A DNA stretch of 62,954 bases, the filler included, from Octopus bimaculoides (taxonomy: Eukaryota): the NCBI RefSeq assembly GCF_001194135.2. It is 9 parts of 9 records of this genome, joined end to end, with 100 filler letters (N's around TTAATTAATTAA, not from the genome) between each part and the next. Parts side by side here need not be neighbours in the genome. Positions count along the whole stretch, not along the records: positions 21,804 to 50,099 come from NC_068981.1; 8 more parts are not named here. One strand, written 5' to 3'. A program made the position numbers and the translations under genes. Below the pieces are notes generated by a model. That model saw nothing but the letters and a program-made list of their open reading frames with translations. It did no database searches and was not told the DNA's origin. Of this stretch, positions 25,436-39,889 are shown in pieces (within the stretch, counting starts at the first letter, position 1; each line of letters starts with the position of its first letter).

Positions 25436-28266
25436 AATGAGAGTCGTTGAGTTGGCAGAATGCTTCATGCCTGAAGTGGCCACTACGCTATACTATGTCT
25501 CCACGTGGTCCGTCCGCTTGATAACAATATCTCGTTTAATCGCCTGATGAAATAGACGACGTGTATATCGAAACGGCATATGTTGACAGAGGAATCGACA
25601 AAGGGAAATAGGCTCAGGCTTGGTGTCCGATTAGAGTTGTGCTTTTTGAGGTTGAAGAAGTCATCCTCGGTCGAAAGATTTGGACACGCTCGGTCGAAAG
25701 ATTTGGACAAGGCCTTAAGTTATGTCCGACTGCATATTATCGGAATTCACTAAGTTACCGGTAGATGGGGGGAAAGTTCACTAAGTTAAAGGTCAAACTG
25801 TGACCCCCTGTTAGGGAAGGCTCTTTCATCGTCGTGCGACGTAAATTTCTGGAGATGAATGGAAACCGCCGATAAAGAAGAAAAAAGACGCTTGTGAAAG
25901 TGTAGACAAAGTTTTCAGGGATTTTTATCGTAAGATTGTTGTTTCGATTCATGGACTGAGGGATGGGATGAGTTTTTTAACAAAATACTTCATTTCATGT
26001 TGCTTCAGTCCACTCAGCAATCAAACCGACTAATATTTCAACGGAGCGATGGGGATATACATGCAGAGTAAGGGGATATACATCCCAGAGTAAGGGCATA
26101 TACATGCAGAGAATCCGGGAAGCCGGCCTTATGTTCCTATGGCTCGAAAGGACCTTTGAGTATTAGTTTTTCTTTTTAATATTTTGATTAGTAGAGTTTC
26201 TCGTATGTGTCGCTGAAGCATGATTTGGCATTCCGAAGTCACCCACGTGAAGCTAGATATTTGAAAGACAAGTATAGTTTATCTGAATTCCGAAAGAGAT
26301 GCTAATGAAGAAAGCACTTGGTTTCGCATTAGAAACGAACGCAGAAACACCGTGATTGAAAGCTGAAACTATTAACCGAATATACGTGTACACACGTGTG
26401 TTTCTATATTTGTGTATACATTAGTGTGTACTTGTGTTTTTATATGAGTGACTATGAATATCTTTTGTACTCTTAAAATGTCAGAATGTGTGAAATCTCC
26501 ATGGTGCTTTCCTTTGAAATACAGCGTTAATTTTTTTAGACTTAAAGGGAAGCACGCGTAGATTTTTTTCCATTTATAATGTAACCAAAAAAAAAAAAAT
26601 GAGAACTAACATGAATGCAACGCATTGTGAATCAATGTACAAATTACTATTCTAATTATACTAAGATACCAAGAAAATTATTAGTAATCCTTTTATGACA
26701 AAGGTATTTCTTTCGTCATCCACCTAAGGCATGAAATTCTATACAATTCAAACAGATTTAAATAAATATAATGCCGACCGGATGAATAAATAGCAAGGTG
26801 AGTGAATAGCAGAATAATATAATTCCATTTTCCTTTGTATATTGTTAATACATTTTGATGACAGACAATTATTATTATTAAATATTAATGCTTAATCAAA
26901 TGATTTACCACTAAAGCATTCAGTTTCCACTGATTTATATCGTATTATATGCTGATAAGTAATCTAATCAAAAGCATTTCCATTATGTCTTCAATAACAA
27001 GCTTTTAAGTGATGCGTTAAAGCTGTCCTTTTCTCAAATACTAGCTATATCGAATAAAATATATAATATGAAGTAGTGGAAAACGTGAGAATGATACAAA
27101 AGATGTGTGACAAAATCACGCGATCTGAGACAGAAAAACTCAAACCGTACTCTTATGGTACATTAGAAACAAACAAGGAGAGAGACAGAGAGAGAGACAG
27201 AGAGAGACAGACAGACAGAGAGAGACAGAGAGACAGAGAGAGAGAGAGAGAGAGAGGAGAGGGAGAGACAGACAGACAGACGGAGAAAGAGAGAGAGAGG
27301 TGGAGAGATAGACAGAGAAATCGGTGGGCTACTCAACAAAGTCCCCAATCGAATAAATATTGAATAAATTTCACACAATAATTATTGTGTTTAAGATCTG
27401 AGCACAAAGAAAACACAAAATAACAAAGAAGTAAAATGAAAAAAAGCTGCAATAAAATGATTGAACAAAAGGAAAACTAAATGAAAAAACATCATTTTTT
27501 TAAATATGAACAAAAAAAAATCAATGAGGAGAGGATGTAACAGAAGACTAAAACGACATTTTGAAATATAATAATAAATCAACAACAGACATCAGCATGA
27601 ATAAAGAACATTTGATATCATTCTTTTAAGGAATGCTTCGCCGACTTTTGTAACAAAATAAACACCGCAGGTTATCGACAATATTCTGGGTGAAAACCAC
27701 TAATTACCCTAAAAATGGCAACACGCCGCCCTAAACAGGAGTTCTTTCACTAATATCGGTTCTTGTTAATTTTTTGAAATCTTTATTTAATTTGCAAAAT
27801 ATTTTATAAAGAATTCAGTTATGATTTGAATTTATTTCAACATTTATTTTTTCTCATATTGTAATCATTTGCATAAAAAACATACTTTCTAATTGGTCAT
27901 TGCCACCTAAATTTAACACATTTTAGAGTAAAACACTTTACTATTTTTAGAAAGGAAGAAATAGGAAAGAAAATATACAGAAAATAGTATATATAACAAG
28001 CATGGAGAATTAGTTTCAGTTTCAAACTCATGCAGTTTTTTTTTAAAGCGTATTTAATTTTGAATTCTTGTGTTTCCTCTAATCATTTCAAATTTATTTT
28101 CTCTAAACTTATTATTTCTTTTACTTTCTTCTAAATTCTTGTTACTTAATTTATGTATTTTAGAAAAGTTTTCAAGAGTGTGATTTACTCTTCAGTTTGA
28201 TTCTATAAAAGCTAATTTCGTTCATATTTTGTCTTTTCTTCATACATACATACATACATACACACA

Positions 28267-28345
<79 letters not shown>

Positions 28346-28635
28346 ATGTATATATATGTATAACCATGTACACCAGCCTCTCATATATGAATGTGTGTAC
28401 GCATTGTACACATATATATACGTGTGTGTGTGTGCGTGTGTTTATGTATATATATGTATATATATAAAATCCTTTTAAATACATTGTTTGAATTAAATGA
28501 AATTAAATATAGAATCAATCTATTTATTTATATATGCATGTACGAATGTGTGTATATATGTAAGTATCTATCTATCTGTTTATCTATCTCTCTGCTATCT
28601 CTCACTCTCTCTTTCTCTGTCTGTCTGTCTGTCTG

Positions 28636-28716
<81 letters not shown>

Positions 28717-29696
28717 NNNNNNNNNNNNNNNNNNNNNNNNNNNNNNNNNNNNNNNNNNNNNNNNNNNNNNNNNNNNNNNNNNNNNNNNNNNNNNNNNNNN
28801 NNNNNNNNNNNNNNNNNNNNNNNNNNNNNNNNNNNNNNNNNNNNNNNNNNNNNNNNNNNNNNNNNNNNNNNNNNNNNNNNNNNNNNNNNNNNNNNNNNNN
28901 NNNNNNNNNNNNNNNNNNNNNNNNNNNNNNNNNNNNNNNNNNNNNNNNNNNNNNNNNNNNNNNNNNNNNNNNNNNNNNNNNNNNNNNNNNNNNNNNNNNN
29001 NNNNNNNNNNNNNNNNNNNNNNNNNNNNNNNNNNNNNNNNNNNNNNNNNNNNNNNNNNNNNNNNNNNNNNNNNNNNNNNNNNNNNNNNNNNNNNNNNNNN
29101 NNNNNNNNNNNNNNNNNNNNNNNNNNNNNNNNNNNNNNNNNNNNNNNNNNNNNNNNNNNNNNNNNNNNNNNNNNNNNNNNNNNNNNNNNNNNNNNNNNNN
29201 NNNNNNNNNNNNNNNNNNNNNNNNNNNNNGAGAGAGAGAAAAATAAGTTTTCAAGTGTGTGCTGGTCTATGTATGTCTGTTTATTTCAATTATAACTCTA
29301 TTGCATCTGTTCCGAAATTTTCTCGTTAAATATAATCACAAGCACCACTGTCTTTCCCAATAAACAATGGTAATAAAATAAATACACAACTTGTTTGTCT
29401 TAAATTAGATCCTGGTAAACAAACCGCAGGAATGTTGATTTTGAGAGGACAGGTAAAAATACTTCACAGAAGCCATTCATGTATACTTGCATGTAGAAAC
29501 ATACACACATGCGCACACTCACCACCACACATACACTCAATGTATGTTCAACCACACTCACATATATAATGTACACACACACACATACATACTCATATGT
29601 GTGTGTATGTGTATTACTGGATACTTCCATTCATTAAATATCTGTGACCTTGTGTTAATATAAAAAGAATCAATATCAATTTTATTACATGATGGA

Positions 29697-29878
29697 GGAG
29701 AAAATACCTTGCGATATTTGGTTGTGTTTCATTACATGCAGAGGTCGAATCTACGTTAAGCTGGAGTCAACTTCATTTATAGGTCAATATGATAGGTACC
29801 AGTGAGAAAATTACGCTGATAGAATCGCTAATGCTTTTGGCCCCAAAAGTACGACATTGTCTGAATTAGAAATCATTG
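29697..29878 (+). mobile_element. Old, highly diverged SINE family C remnant
   Basis: Weak colinear similarity (GGTCAATATGATAGGTACCAG...GAATTAGAAATCATT). Confidence 0.4.
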
Positions 29879-31098
29879 TTAACTATAATATCTTTTCTGT
29901 AATAAGTTCGAATTTCAAGCTACGTTCTTCATTTGAAAGTAAAACACGAAGTTAAATATATGATGGGTATTATCAGCAATTAATGAATGTTATGAAGATG
30001 TATGAATTTATGCTTCAAAAAAAGAGTAAGAAAGAAAAAATGTGAAAGAAACATTTATCAAACGAGTGCCGTCAAAGTTCATCTTGTTATTTTTCTTTTC
30101 TTTTACCATGTATTGATAGTAAATTTATATAGAGTGTAATACGTTAAGACAGTTCTTATTTAATATTCTCTTGAAGAACAGATACTGTACCTTACGGGAA
30201 CGAACTTAGGTGTGTTTATCAGATAGGCAAAAGACTTAGAATATACTGGTGTCTTCTTCACTAGCTGTTCAGTGAGAAAGTGTAGTCGTATATTCTAAAG
30301 TGGAATTTATATATGAAAATATTCTGTAGATGCAATCAAATGAAATAGATAAGACTCATTAGTATCAAAGGTGTCACCACTCTATGACCTGAGAAACGTT
30401 ATTAACATTCACCGACATCATTTTATTAGGAATTAATGAAAGGACCAAGCGAGTACTTGAGTGGAGATTTGCCACTCAACTAGGATAATTTACGTTTTGT
30501 AAAAGAATTTTTAAGGTCATAGAGACTTTAAGATTGTAGAGTCTGTCTTGTTCACCATTTATCTAAGGCAGTATTGTGTGATTTGAACGAAACTTATGTG
30601 TTAGACTTAGCTGCTGCTTCTAGCAGGTCAGTTGAGTAGAAGCCTTCACGTTCGTTAATCTATAACTTGTTTCACATTATCGCACATACCTGTCCACTTA
30701 TATTCATTGTTGCATAGCACAAGTTATGGACGCGCAATGACGAAGTGATTAAGAACCTCATGGGAAGCGACTTTTACTCTGGTTGTCGGTTCGACTGATC
30801 TGTTCTGATTGAAATTAGTTAAAAAAAGAAATTGGGTTGTGCCTGCATTTAAACGTACAACTTTGTCCCAGTCACAAGATACTGTGACGCGATAAATCTA
30901 CATAAATATTACATTAAGGTACATGTTTTTGCACCTTTCCCTTGTTCAATCTATTTAGATATACTTGCATATTTTTATCATTCTTATTCCTTGTATTATC
31001 TTCTTTAAAACAGTAGGTTACATGAATAACTTGCGACTAATTTCAGGAAACCAACTGGCTATGTAGACACAGTTACTTTTAAAAGGAATTTTACGCAT

Positions 31099-31318
31099 GG
31101 CAGCGATAAGCCGGAATCTTTGGAGCGCCAGAAAAAATGTTTCGCAGCAATTTTTCTGGTTCTTCACATTCTGAGATAAATTTAGTCGAAATCGAGTTTA
31201 CTTTCATTCTTTCGGAGTCTAAAATGAGCATCAGTTCAGCACCGATGGAATCAATGTAATTGATTTACCTGTCCCTTTAAGTTTGCTGGCCCCGTGCCAA
31301 AATTTAAAGCCAATATTT
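31099..31318 (+). mobile_element. Diverged SINE family C
   Basis: TTTCATTCTTTCGGAGTCTAAAATGAGCATCAG core and GCTGGCCCCGTGCCAAAATTTAAAGCCAATATT tail. Confidence 0.6.
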
Positions 31319-31779
31319 TGTTCAAAGAAATGAATTACAAACCATTTTACCACGCTCTCTATTTCTCTGTTCAAATGCATATCGCTCACGCTGTGTTTTA
31401 TGTCGCTCTGATTTCATTGTAGAAATCAGTGGGCCGGAATCGTCCTAATTGAAGTTATATTCCTTCTGATATTATGGTACAGGCTTTCTCATGAACATAA
31501 TGATAGTACGGAATAAAATTGTTTTTTTTTTTCAAAATGTATATATAAAACTCTGGTGTTTAATGCGCTGTGCCACAGTCAGGCACTCAATATTCATAGT
31601 AAACTGTGTTACGGAGATAAATGTATTCCAAGCATATTGAGTGATAATAGGAGCTAAGTAAATTTGAAAATATTTATATTCTATTTTTCAAACTACTCTA
31701 ATATATTCTCTCTCACATTTAGCTTCATTTCGTTATATTTCTAACTGTATAGAAAATACTTATTTTTCGATATGTATGC

Positions 31780-31855
<76 letters not shown>

Positions 31856-33423
31856 GTACACATGTTTTGTAGGAATTGTTAAAACGGTTAAATAGCATTC
31901 AGAATAAAGTTGTGCTTTAATATACTTTGGGAAGAAACTAACTTTAATCTAATGTGAAAGACGCAAAAATCTAAGGTAACACCAGAATTAACCAAACACA
32001 CGCTGCGATATAACCAAACTGATGATTATAGTGACATAATTCTATGGACCTAAAAGATAATGATGTCTAAATCTCACCAACAAAGAGATGAACAACTAAT
32101 ATTCAGAAGTGAATCATTAAGAAATGTGAAAATCTAAAAGGGAATATTCTGAAAATCCTCCACCTATCTACTGAATTTCCTAATTTCTAGAATTCCTTTC
32201 ACAAGCTTACTGAGAAAATCCAGACATACTCCAGCGAGTAGAAAATAATTCATGTAATATAAACTTAAGCTATATCCCAAGTGTGAAAATGCCTTTCTTC
32301 CCTTGTTCAAATCGTAAGGGTAACTAGCAAGGGTATTTGTATGTAGTTTGGAGTGAATTATTACTTGTGAAGAAAGAACAATGGAGTAAATCTGTTGGAT
32401 GGAAAGACAAAGTTGAACCCGGAAGGACTGGAACTCAAAAAGGAAAAGCAAAGAACAACTATCGAAAAGTTGACATGGGAATGATTTGAAATCAGAGTGT
32501 AAAGATCCCCGGGAGAAATATTTACGGTGCTCTTACTATTCTACCAGTTCATTTCGCTTTTTCCCCCTAAGTATATTCATCTGTGTATTTTTCAATAAAT
32601 TTGGAATTATTTCTAAAACAAGAAATAATTGGGTTCAAAGTTTCTGTGGTTGAATAAATTTGAAAAAATACACTTAAAAACAGTGTGTTGTCAATTATTT
32701 ACCATCATCGAATTAGAAATGAGAAGAGAAGTAGAGAAAGAGAAAACTGTGAGAACAACGATGCGAAAAAGAAAGGTTGGAACTATTTAGATGTATTTGT
32801 GAATAAAATTGTGTGTGTGTGTTTGTGTGTATGTATGTGAGTATATGTATTTATCTGCTTATGCATGTATGTGTGTTCACACATTGTGAGTATGTGTATG
32901 CAAAGGTAGCTGTAAGGTACATAGAGAATATAGAGATGAAAATGTCAAACAGTGAAAAAGAAAGATACAGGGTAATGAAAGAAAGAGAGAAAGGTAGAAA
33001 AAGGGGGAGAAAGTACACGTATATGTCAGAACGTACGTATATGAAAGGAATAAAATGTAGCAAAGAAAGAAGCAAGATAAAAGCGAGTAAGGTGATATGG
33101 TAAGAGTAACAATAATTTACTTAAAAATACTTTCATAAACGAATCACCAAGTATGTATGCGTATGTAATTCAGTATATAATATATAGTTCATTATAATAG
33201 TAAAATCGGTGAAAGTATTAAGGGTTTCACAAAGTTATACAACTTCCCAAACTTGTCTAATGGNNNNNNNNNNNNNNNNNNNNNNNNNNNNNNNNNNNNN
33301 NNNNNNNNNNNNNNNNNNNNNNNNNNNNNNNNNNNNNNNNNNNNNNNNNNNNNNNNNNNNNNNNNNNNNNNNNNNNNNNNNNNNNNNNNNNNNNNNNNNN
33401 NNNNNNNNNNNNNNNNNNNNATA

Positions 33424-33456
<33 letters not shown>

Positions 33457-33625
33457 CATTCGCCATGATAGATCGCTGACCACTACATTTATATATTTTT
33501 CTCTCCTTGTTTCTTTCTGTGTTCCTTTCAGTTGAAGAGCGTAGGCTCGAAACGTTAAACTAATATATCCATTTGTTGTTTACACCACCTGTCTTCGTCT
33601 GTTCTTTTTTTCGTAAATTCTCCCC
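33457..33625 (+). repeat. PLE-type hammerhead-like repeat, copy 2 (internal deletion)
   Basis: CTTT-CAGTTGA-A-GAGC-GTAG-GCTC-GAAAC-GTT-AAAC; lacks the segment between the two CGTTAAA microhomologies. Confidence 0.75.
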
Positions 33626-33660
<35 letters not shown>

Positions 33661-33795
33661 ATGTGTGTGTGTGTGTGTGTGTATGTGTGTGTGTGTGTGT
33701 GTGCGTGTGTGTTGTGTGCATGTATGTACATACATTCATATGCTTACAAGCATACATAAATACACACACACTCATACACACACACTCATACACAC

Positions 33796-33826
<31 letters not shown>

Positions 33827-34410
33827 CAGATATAAATGAAAGTGTCATATAATATGGTTTCAGTGTATGGTTCGTCTATCGGGGTAAGCTCCTCCTACGG
33901 ACACGGTTATCAGTCCACATAAATTTTAAAAAAATTTGCGTATATATTTATGATATTTCATTTGTTATTTTATCTGTTGTTATTTCGGTTAAATTAAGGA
34001 TAGTAAATTCTTTAATTTCTATCTGGCGTTTTAACGTAAGTAATCGGAGAGCGTTCATATGCGAAGAATTTTTTCTATAATGTATTTGTTGTTTACATTT
34101 TATTGATCAAATCGATGCAATTTTTTTCCAATTCTGACCTCGAATACATTGTTAATGTAAAGAGTAAATTTTCTCTGTACATCTAGACTTGAACTGCTGA
34201 TGTAACCATAATGTTTCGATCTGATGAGTTAACTTTCTGAAGTTGCATTAATTTGTGAATATGAAATGGTTTTGTACAATACCGAACATACTCATGCAAA
34301 AGTGTACCTATAATTTCTTACACGAAAGAAAAAGGATCAACGGTCCCTCACGTACCACAGGATCATAGAGTCGGTATCCGGGATTTTGTGATGTGTAACG
34401 CGGAATGAAG

Positions 34411-34578
34411 CCACTTCACATTCTTTATTTTCTCTCCTTGTTTTTTTCTGTGTTCCTTTCTGTGGAAGAGCGTAGGCTCGAAACGTTAAAGACTTTTTCA
34501 CTTCCCGGGCGTTATACTAATACATCTGTTTGTTGTCAACACCACCTGTCTTCATCTTTTTTTTTTGTGAATTCTCCA
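34411..34578 (+). repeat. PLE-type hammerhead-like repeat, copy 3
   Basis: CTTT-CTGTGGA-A-GAGC-GTAG-GCTC-GAAAC-GTT-AAAG at 34456-34491. Confidence 0.75.
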
Positions 34579-34651
34579 CCTACTATATAGGTTACATACA
34601 TACATACATACATACATATATAAATATATATATATACATATATATATGCAC

Positions 34652-34684
<33 letters not shown>

Positions 34685-34832
34685 CATATATACATACATA
34701 CATATATATATAAATTTATATATNNNNNNNNNNNNNNNNNNNNNNNNNNNNNNNNNNNNNNNNNNNNNNNNNNNNNNNNNNNNNNNNNNNNNNNNNNNNN
34801 NNNNNNNNNNNNNNNNNNNNNNNNNNNNNNNN

Positions 34833-34871
<39 letters not shown>

Positions 34872-35019
34872 TTAACACATACACACACAAATATAAAGGA
34901 ATTTAATTTTTCTCATGCAAACTCTGTAGCTGAACTATTGTACAACTCTAGCAAATTATTTACCAGTTTCTGAATATCTTCAGTGCTGTAGACAACCAGC
35001 GCACTGTCATCAGCGAACA

Positions 35020-35235
35020 GCACCTCTCACACTGGGATGGACTTAGGGTGGTTCTTAAGAAACATTGATATTCTCGAAGGTTCATCAACTTGGTCAGTTT
35101 CTTGCACATTAGAAAGCAGGCATTTGTAGTACAAGATAGCAATACTTCAAGCGAACTTGCCCTGACAAATGGAGTTAAACAAGGATGCGTACTTGTTCCA
35201 GCATTGTTCACCCTCTATCTCGCAGTAGTGCTGGT
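35020..35235 (+). mobile_element. RTE-clade LINE reverse-transcriptase fragment
   Basis: LRVVLKKH*YSRRFINLVSFLH...TNGVKQGCVLVPALFTLYL matches the RTE NGVKQGCVLAP motif. Confidence 0.75.
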
Positions 35236-36379
35236 TGTTGCTTTCGTTCGAGCTTAAGTGTACAAATATATTTATTATACACATGTACACATGGAAGCAC
35301 GCACGAAACGTACAACCCATAACCCCGACACCTCATCAACCTATATACATATACACATACACATACACACACCCATACACATACATACATATATACATAC
35401 ACACATACAAATATATATATATGTATATATAAATATACACACAAACACACACACTTATCTATACACACACACATACACACACACACACATATATATATAT
35501 ATATGTATACACACATATATATACATACATGCTACATATAGGAATATATACTTACACAAATCTTATGTAAAATATACATATATATACATATATATGTAAA
35601 ATATACATATATATATATATATATATATANNNNNNNNNNNNNNNNNNNNNNNNNNNNNNNNNNNNNNNNNNNNNNNNNNNNNNNNNNNNNNNNNNNNNNN
35701 NNNNNNNNNNNATATATGCATGCATGTATGCATGTATCTAGATATGTATGTATGAATGTATGTATACATTCATGTATGTATGTATGTATGTATGTATGTA
35801 TGTATGTATGTATGCATGCATGTATCCATGCACATGTATATATGGATTTAGTTTGCCAAAATTTTAATGATCATAAATTCGTTCGAGCAATATAAATTGC
35901 ATTTAATTAAAACACGAGTTTTCGATGAACCGGAAGTTAATTTGGGGCAGTAGAAAAGAATTAAAGTATACACTCGACTGAAGCGAGGAAAGTGTGAAAA
36001 CACGAATGCGTACATATTGAAGGATATTAAGCATGAAATAAAGACAGAATAAAGAATTGAAAGCTGAACAAGAACAATATCGTAACATCATATTGAACAC
36101 AGGATCCAGCGAAATGACAGAATGTACACATAGTTATGTTTAAAAAATATTTTACTGAATGAAGCAATGGAATAGAATAACGAATGAAATATTTCTGGGA
36201 GAAACGTGGAAAGATTAAAACATGTTGCCAAATATTTTTCAGAACGAATGAAAAATTCCGACGAATTTCATGCTAAGAAGAAAAGAAGGAAAAGGAAATG
36301 ATAGAAGCAATGTGTTTAAAGGAAATTAAAGTGAATTTAAAGGATGAAAATATGAATGAAGTACATAAAGAAATTTAGA

Positions 36380-38000
36380 AAAATGTAAACATGAAATGAG
36401 AAAACTGAAAAGATTTAAAGATTTGAAAGAGGAACGAAATCATTTGTAGCGTATCAATTCTGGATTTTTGTTCTCTCCCCAACATTCCAAGTTCAGACGG
36501 GTTGGTATCTTTAATCATTGCTCCAATAATAATAGGAAAGAAACCAAAAGTATATATTGTGTACTGGATTTGCAAACTTTTTATTAATGGCTCATAGATG
36601 TCCTCTTTCTCTTGTATTTTTCTAAACTCATTGGTGTCTAGGGGGCAGCTGATTTCCACTATAGAACATATCTTGTGCTTGTGTTCTCGCACAACATAAT
36701 CTGGACAGTTGTGTATTAACTTTTTTAATTTTTAAGTTGTACCAATATTCTTATAAACCATTGGTCTCAATGCGGTCAAATTCTGTAGGTCTTTTCAGAT
36801 TTTTTATCTTGTTCTAGACTGTTCTGGCCACTGCATCATGCCTCATATGAAGATAATATCTGGAAGACATTCTCTCGCAGTTGGTAATGATTTAGCTGAT
36901 ATCTTCAGTGTTGGTCTCGCAGAACCTACGTATGCTGTCTGTCAATTTGTTTTTCTGACTGTTATCTCCTTGGTAGGGATTTCTTGCTCTTGGATTTCAT
37001 GGATGTAGCCGTCGAAGTGGAATGTCATAAACTTGTCGACCCTCCATACCAGGCTTTTGACATGATCAATACTTTCTATTTTGTTTCACGTGTCAAGTGC
37101 CCATGTGAACTGATCAATGTTTTGTATTGTTCTTCTGAAAAACAAATTTTACCACTTCTCTTCGAGGAGAGCTCTATAGAGAGATCTGTGTCAAGTCGAT
37201 CATTGCTAGGTTTTCAGGTACAAATTTTTCTCGTTTAATTGTTAGAAATGAACATTTGGACTCACCAAATTTCATCCCAATGTCTGTAGAAAAATGGGGC
37301 TTTTATGTGGTCGATATTTGGCCGATTCTCAAACCGGACTGTGTGTTGTATTCGTGAGCAAGGCACTTTATTTCAGTTCATTCAGCTGTAGAAATGAGTT
37401 GTTACGTCACTGATGCCAAGCTGTATCGGCCTTTGCCTTTCCCTTGAATAACACCAGTGGCGGGGAAAGGGGAGGCTGGTATGCATGGGCAACTGCTGGT
37501 CTTCCATAAATCACATAACCCGGACTTGTACATCGGAGGGGAACTTTCTAGGTGCAATCCAATGGTCATTCATGACTGAATGGTGTCTATATTTTATTTG
37601 GCTGATACAGTTTCAGGTCATCGACAAAGATAAGATGGGAGAGACTTTTGGATCCATCTCTATGGCCACTATGTTTTGTGAGTAGGTATGATAATGGATT
37701 TAATGAAATGACAAAGAGCAATGCTGACAGGGTATCACCTTGAAATGTGCCTTTTTAGTAGTGAATCCCATACTGCTTAATTTGCTCCCTATCACTCTTA
37801 AGGAGCAAAGTGGTGCACCATGTCTTGGTCAGGCGCTCAATAGCACTCATTAATGGTTTTCGAACGTTGGTTAACTGTAAATACATGATGATCCACCCAT
37901 GTGTTACACTATCAAAAGCCTTCTGGTATTCCAGCAACACTACGGTTAAATAATGGCGATATTTTACGAAATGTTACTGAAACATGTGAAAGGGTAAATT
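36380..38000 (-). mobile_element. Degenerate R4/Dong-like non-LTR retrotransposon (RT, zinc knuckle, restriction-like endonuclease), interrupted by a SINE
   Basis: Minus-strand motifs in order: YQKAFDSV, FQGDTLS, LIFVDDLKLY, FSTDIGMKFGESKC, HFDGYIHEIQEQEIPTK, RRFC..EDIS*IITNC...RHDAVA, PDYVV...IVEISCP...KEDIYEPL. Confidence 0.85.
37320..37590 (+). mobile_element. SINE (core shared with 17508 and 51620 copies) nested in the R4-like LINE
   Basis: TGTGTTGTATTCGTGAGCAAGGCACTTTATTTC...CAGCTGTAGAAATGAGTT core. LINE RT coding sequence resumes on both sides in the opposite orientation. Confidence 0.7.
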
Positions 38001-39135
38001 TCTTTGATCAGTTTACCAGGAATAGTCATGTGGAATGGGATTTTTTTCTGCTTCAATTAGATATTTACGAAGATGTTTTGTCTACACTGAGCTTTCATTG
38101 ATTCCAAACCTAATGTGAATACTAGCAAATGCACCATATGTGGTCCATAGACATCATTTAATGATGGAAAGGTATAGTGGCCAATATGCTGTAGCTCACC
38201 GATCACGGATAAATTGTTGTTCACTTTAATTCCTCGTAGACTGAAAAGCGTTTCAACATATCTGTATTAAACAGTAACTCCGAGTTAGAGTTTATGGTTG
38301 GTATCCATCTACACAGTAAGTGACAGATACACGTATATATGCACACACACACACACACATATCAGCATGCATCTATGTGTGTATTTTATGCATACATATG
38401 TATGATGCATATGTCTTTTAGAAGTGCGTCAATCTTTTATGCATTGGAAAGCAGTTGGTAATGAACACGACTTTCATATTCGATAAGCAATTAAACTGAA
38501 TAATGTGAAACAACTGTATTTTCTGGGTGAATGTGTATTTCTATAAAAATGTGTGTATGTGTGCGTGTGTGTGTGGATATTTACGTCTGTGCATGTGCGT
38601 ATATGTTTATATATATGTAGTGCCCACACAAAAATTATTGCTATAAAAGCTTTCAAATGCGTAAATGACATCTTGTGTATTTTTAACTTTCCACAAAATT
38701 TACAATTTATTTTCAGACATTTACTTCAAATTGTCTTGATGTTACAACAAACACATGTTTCAACCAACTGCAGCAACCTCAACAACAACAAAACGGCATT
38801 AACAGATACAATCATTAGAACGTCAGAAAACGAAAATAATTAAATGAAAATCTAAATAAACATACAAAAATAATTTCTGTTTTAAGATGTTAACATAAAA
38901 GCAAAATATGGGCGTTTCTGTATACATACGCATGAGCACGCACGTATATACACACAAATATGTGCATATACCACTGTATCATATGAATATTCGTATATAT
39001 TTATGTAAGATATAATACATATGTAAACACATTTGTGTGCATTTGCATTTGCGTATAACATGTGTGCGTATGTATATATACATATAAACATATATAAATA
39101 TATAAATACACACACATATATATATATATACATTC

Positions 39136-39192
<57 letters not shown>

Positions 39193-39799
39193 NNNNNNNN
39201 NNNNNNNNNNNNNNNNNNNNNNNNNNNNNNNNNNNNNNNNNNNNNNNNNNNNNNNNNNNNNNNNNNNNNNNNNNNNNNNNNNNNNNNNNNNNNNNNNNNN
39301 NNNNNNNNNNNNNNNNNNNNNNNNNNNNNNNNNNNNNNNNNNNNNNNNNNNNNNNNNNNNNNNNNNNNNNNNNNNNNNNNNNNNNNNNNNNNNNNNNNNN
39401 NNNNNNNNNNNNNNNNNNNNNNNNNNNNNNNNNNNNNNNNNNNNNNNNNNNNNNNNNNNNNNNNNNNNNNNNNNNNNNNNNNNNNNNNNNNNNNNNNNNN
39501 NNNNNNNNNNNNNNNNNNNNNNNNNNNNNNNNNNNNNNNNNNNNNNNNNNNNNNNNNNNNNNNNNNNNNNNNNNNNNNNNNNNNNNNNNNNNNNNNNNNN
39601 NNNNNNNNNNNNNNNNNNNNNNNNNNNNNNNNNNNNNNNNNNNNNNNNNNNNNNNNNNNNNNNNNNNNNNNNNNNNNNNNNNNNNNNNNNNNNNNNNNNN
39701 NNNNNNNNNNNNNNNNNNNNNNNNNNNNNNNNNNNNNNNNNNNNNNNNNNNNNNNNNNNNNNNNNNNNNNNNNNNNNNNNNNNNNNNNNNNNNNNNNNN

Positions 39800-39841
<42 letters not shown>

Positions 39842-39889
39842 TATATATATACAGAGAGAGAGAGAGATAGAGAGATACAAGCATATATG

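Noticed and set aside
25544-25574. CTGATGA...GAAAC as a further hammerhead
   Set aside because: Stem II is imperfect and no convincing stem I or cleavage triplet follows; at best a decayed relic.
25666-25709. 21-bp direct repeat CTCGGTCGAAAGATTTGGACA x2
   Set aside because: Only a 2-nt spacer; a simple local duplication.
26051-26111. Three ~21-bp tandem units GGGGATATACATGCAGAGTAA as a possible CRISPR-like array
   Set aside because: Head-to-tail minisatellite with no spacers, in a eukaryotic context with no cas genes.
32164-32451. 95-aa minus-strand ORF as another exon
   Set aside because: No recognisable motif and no clear acceptor/donor pair.
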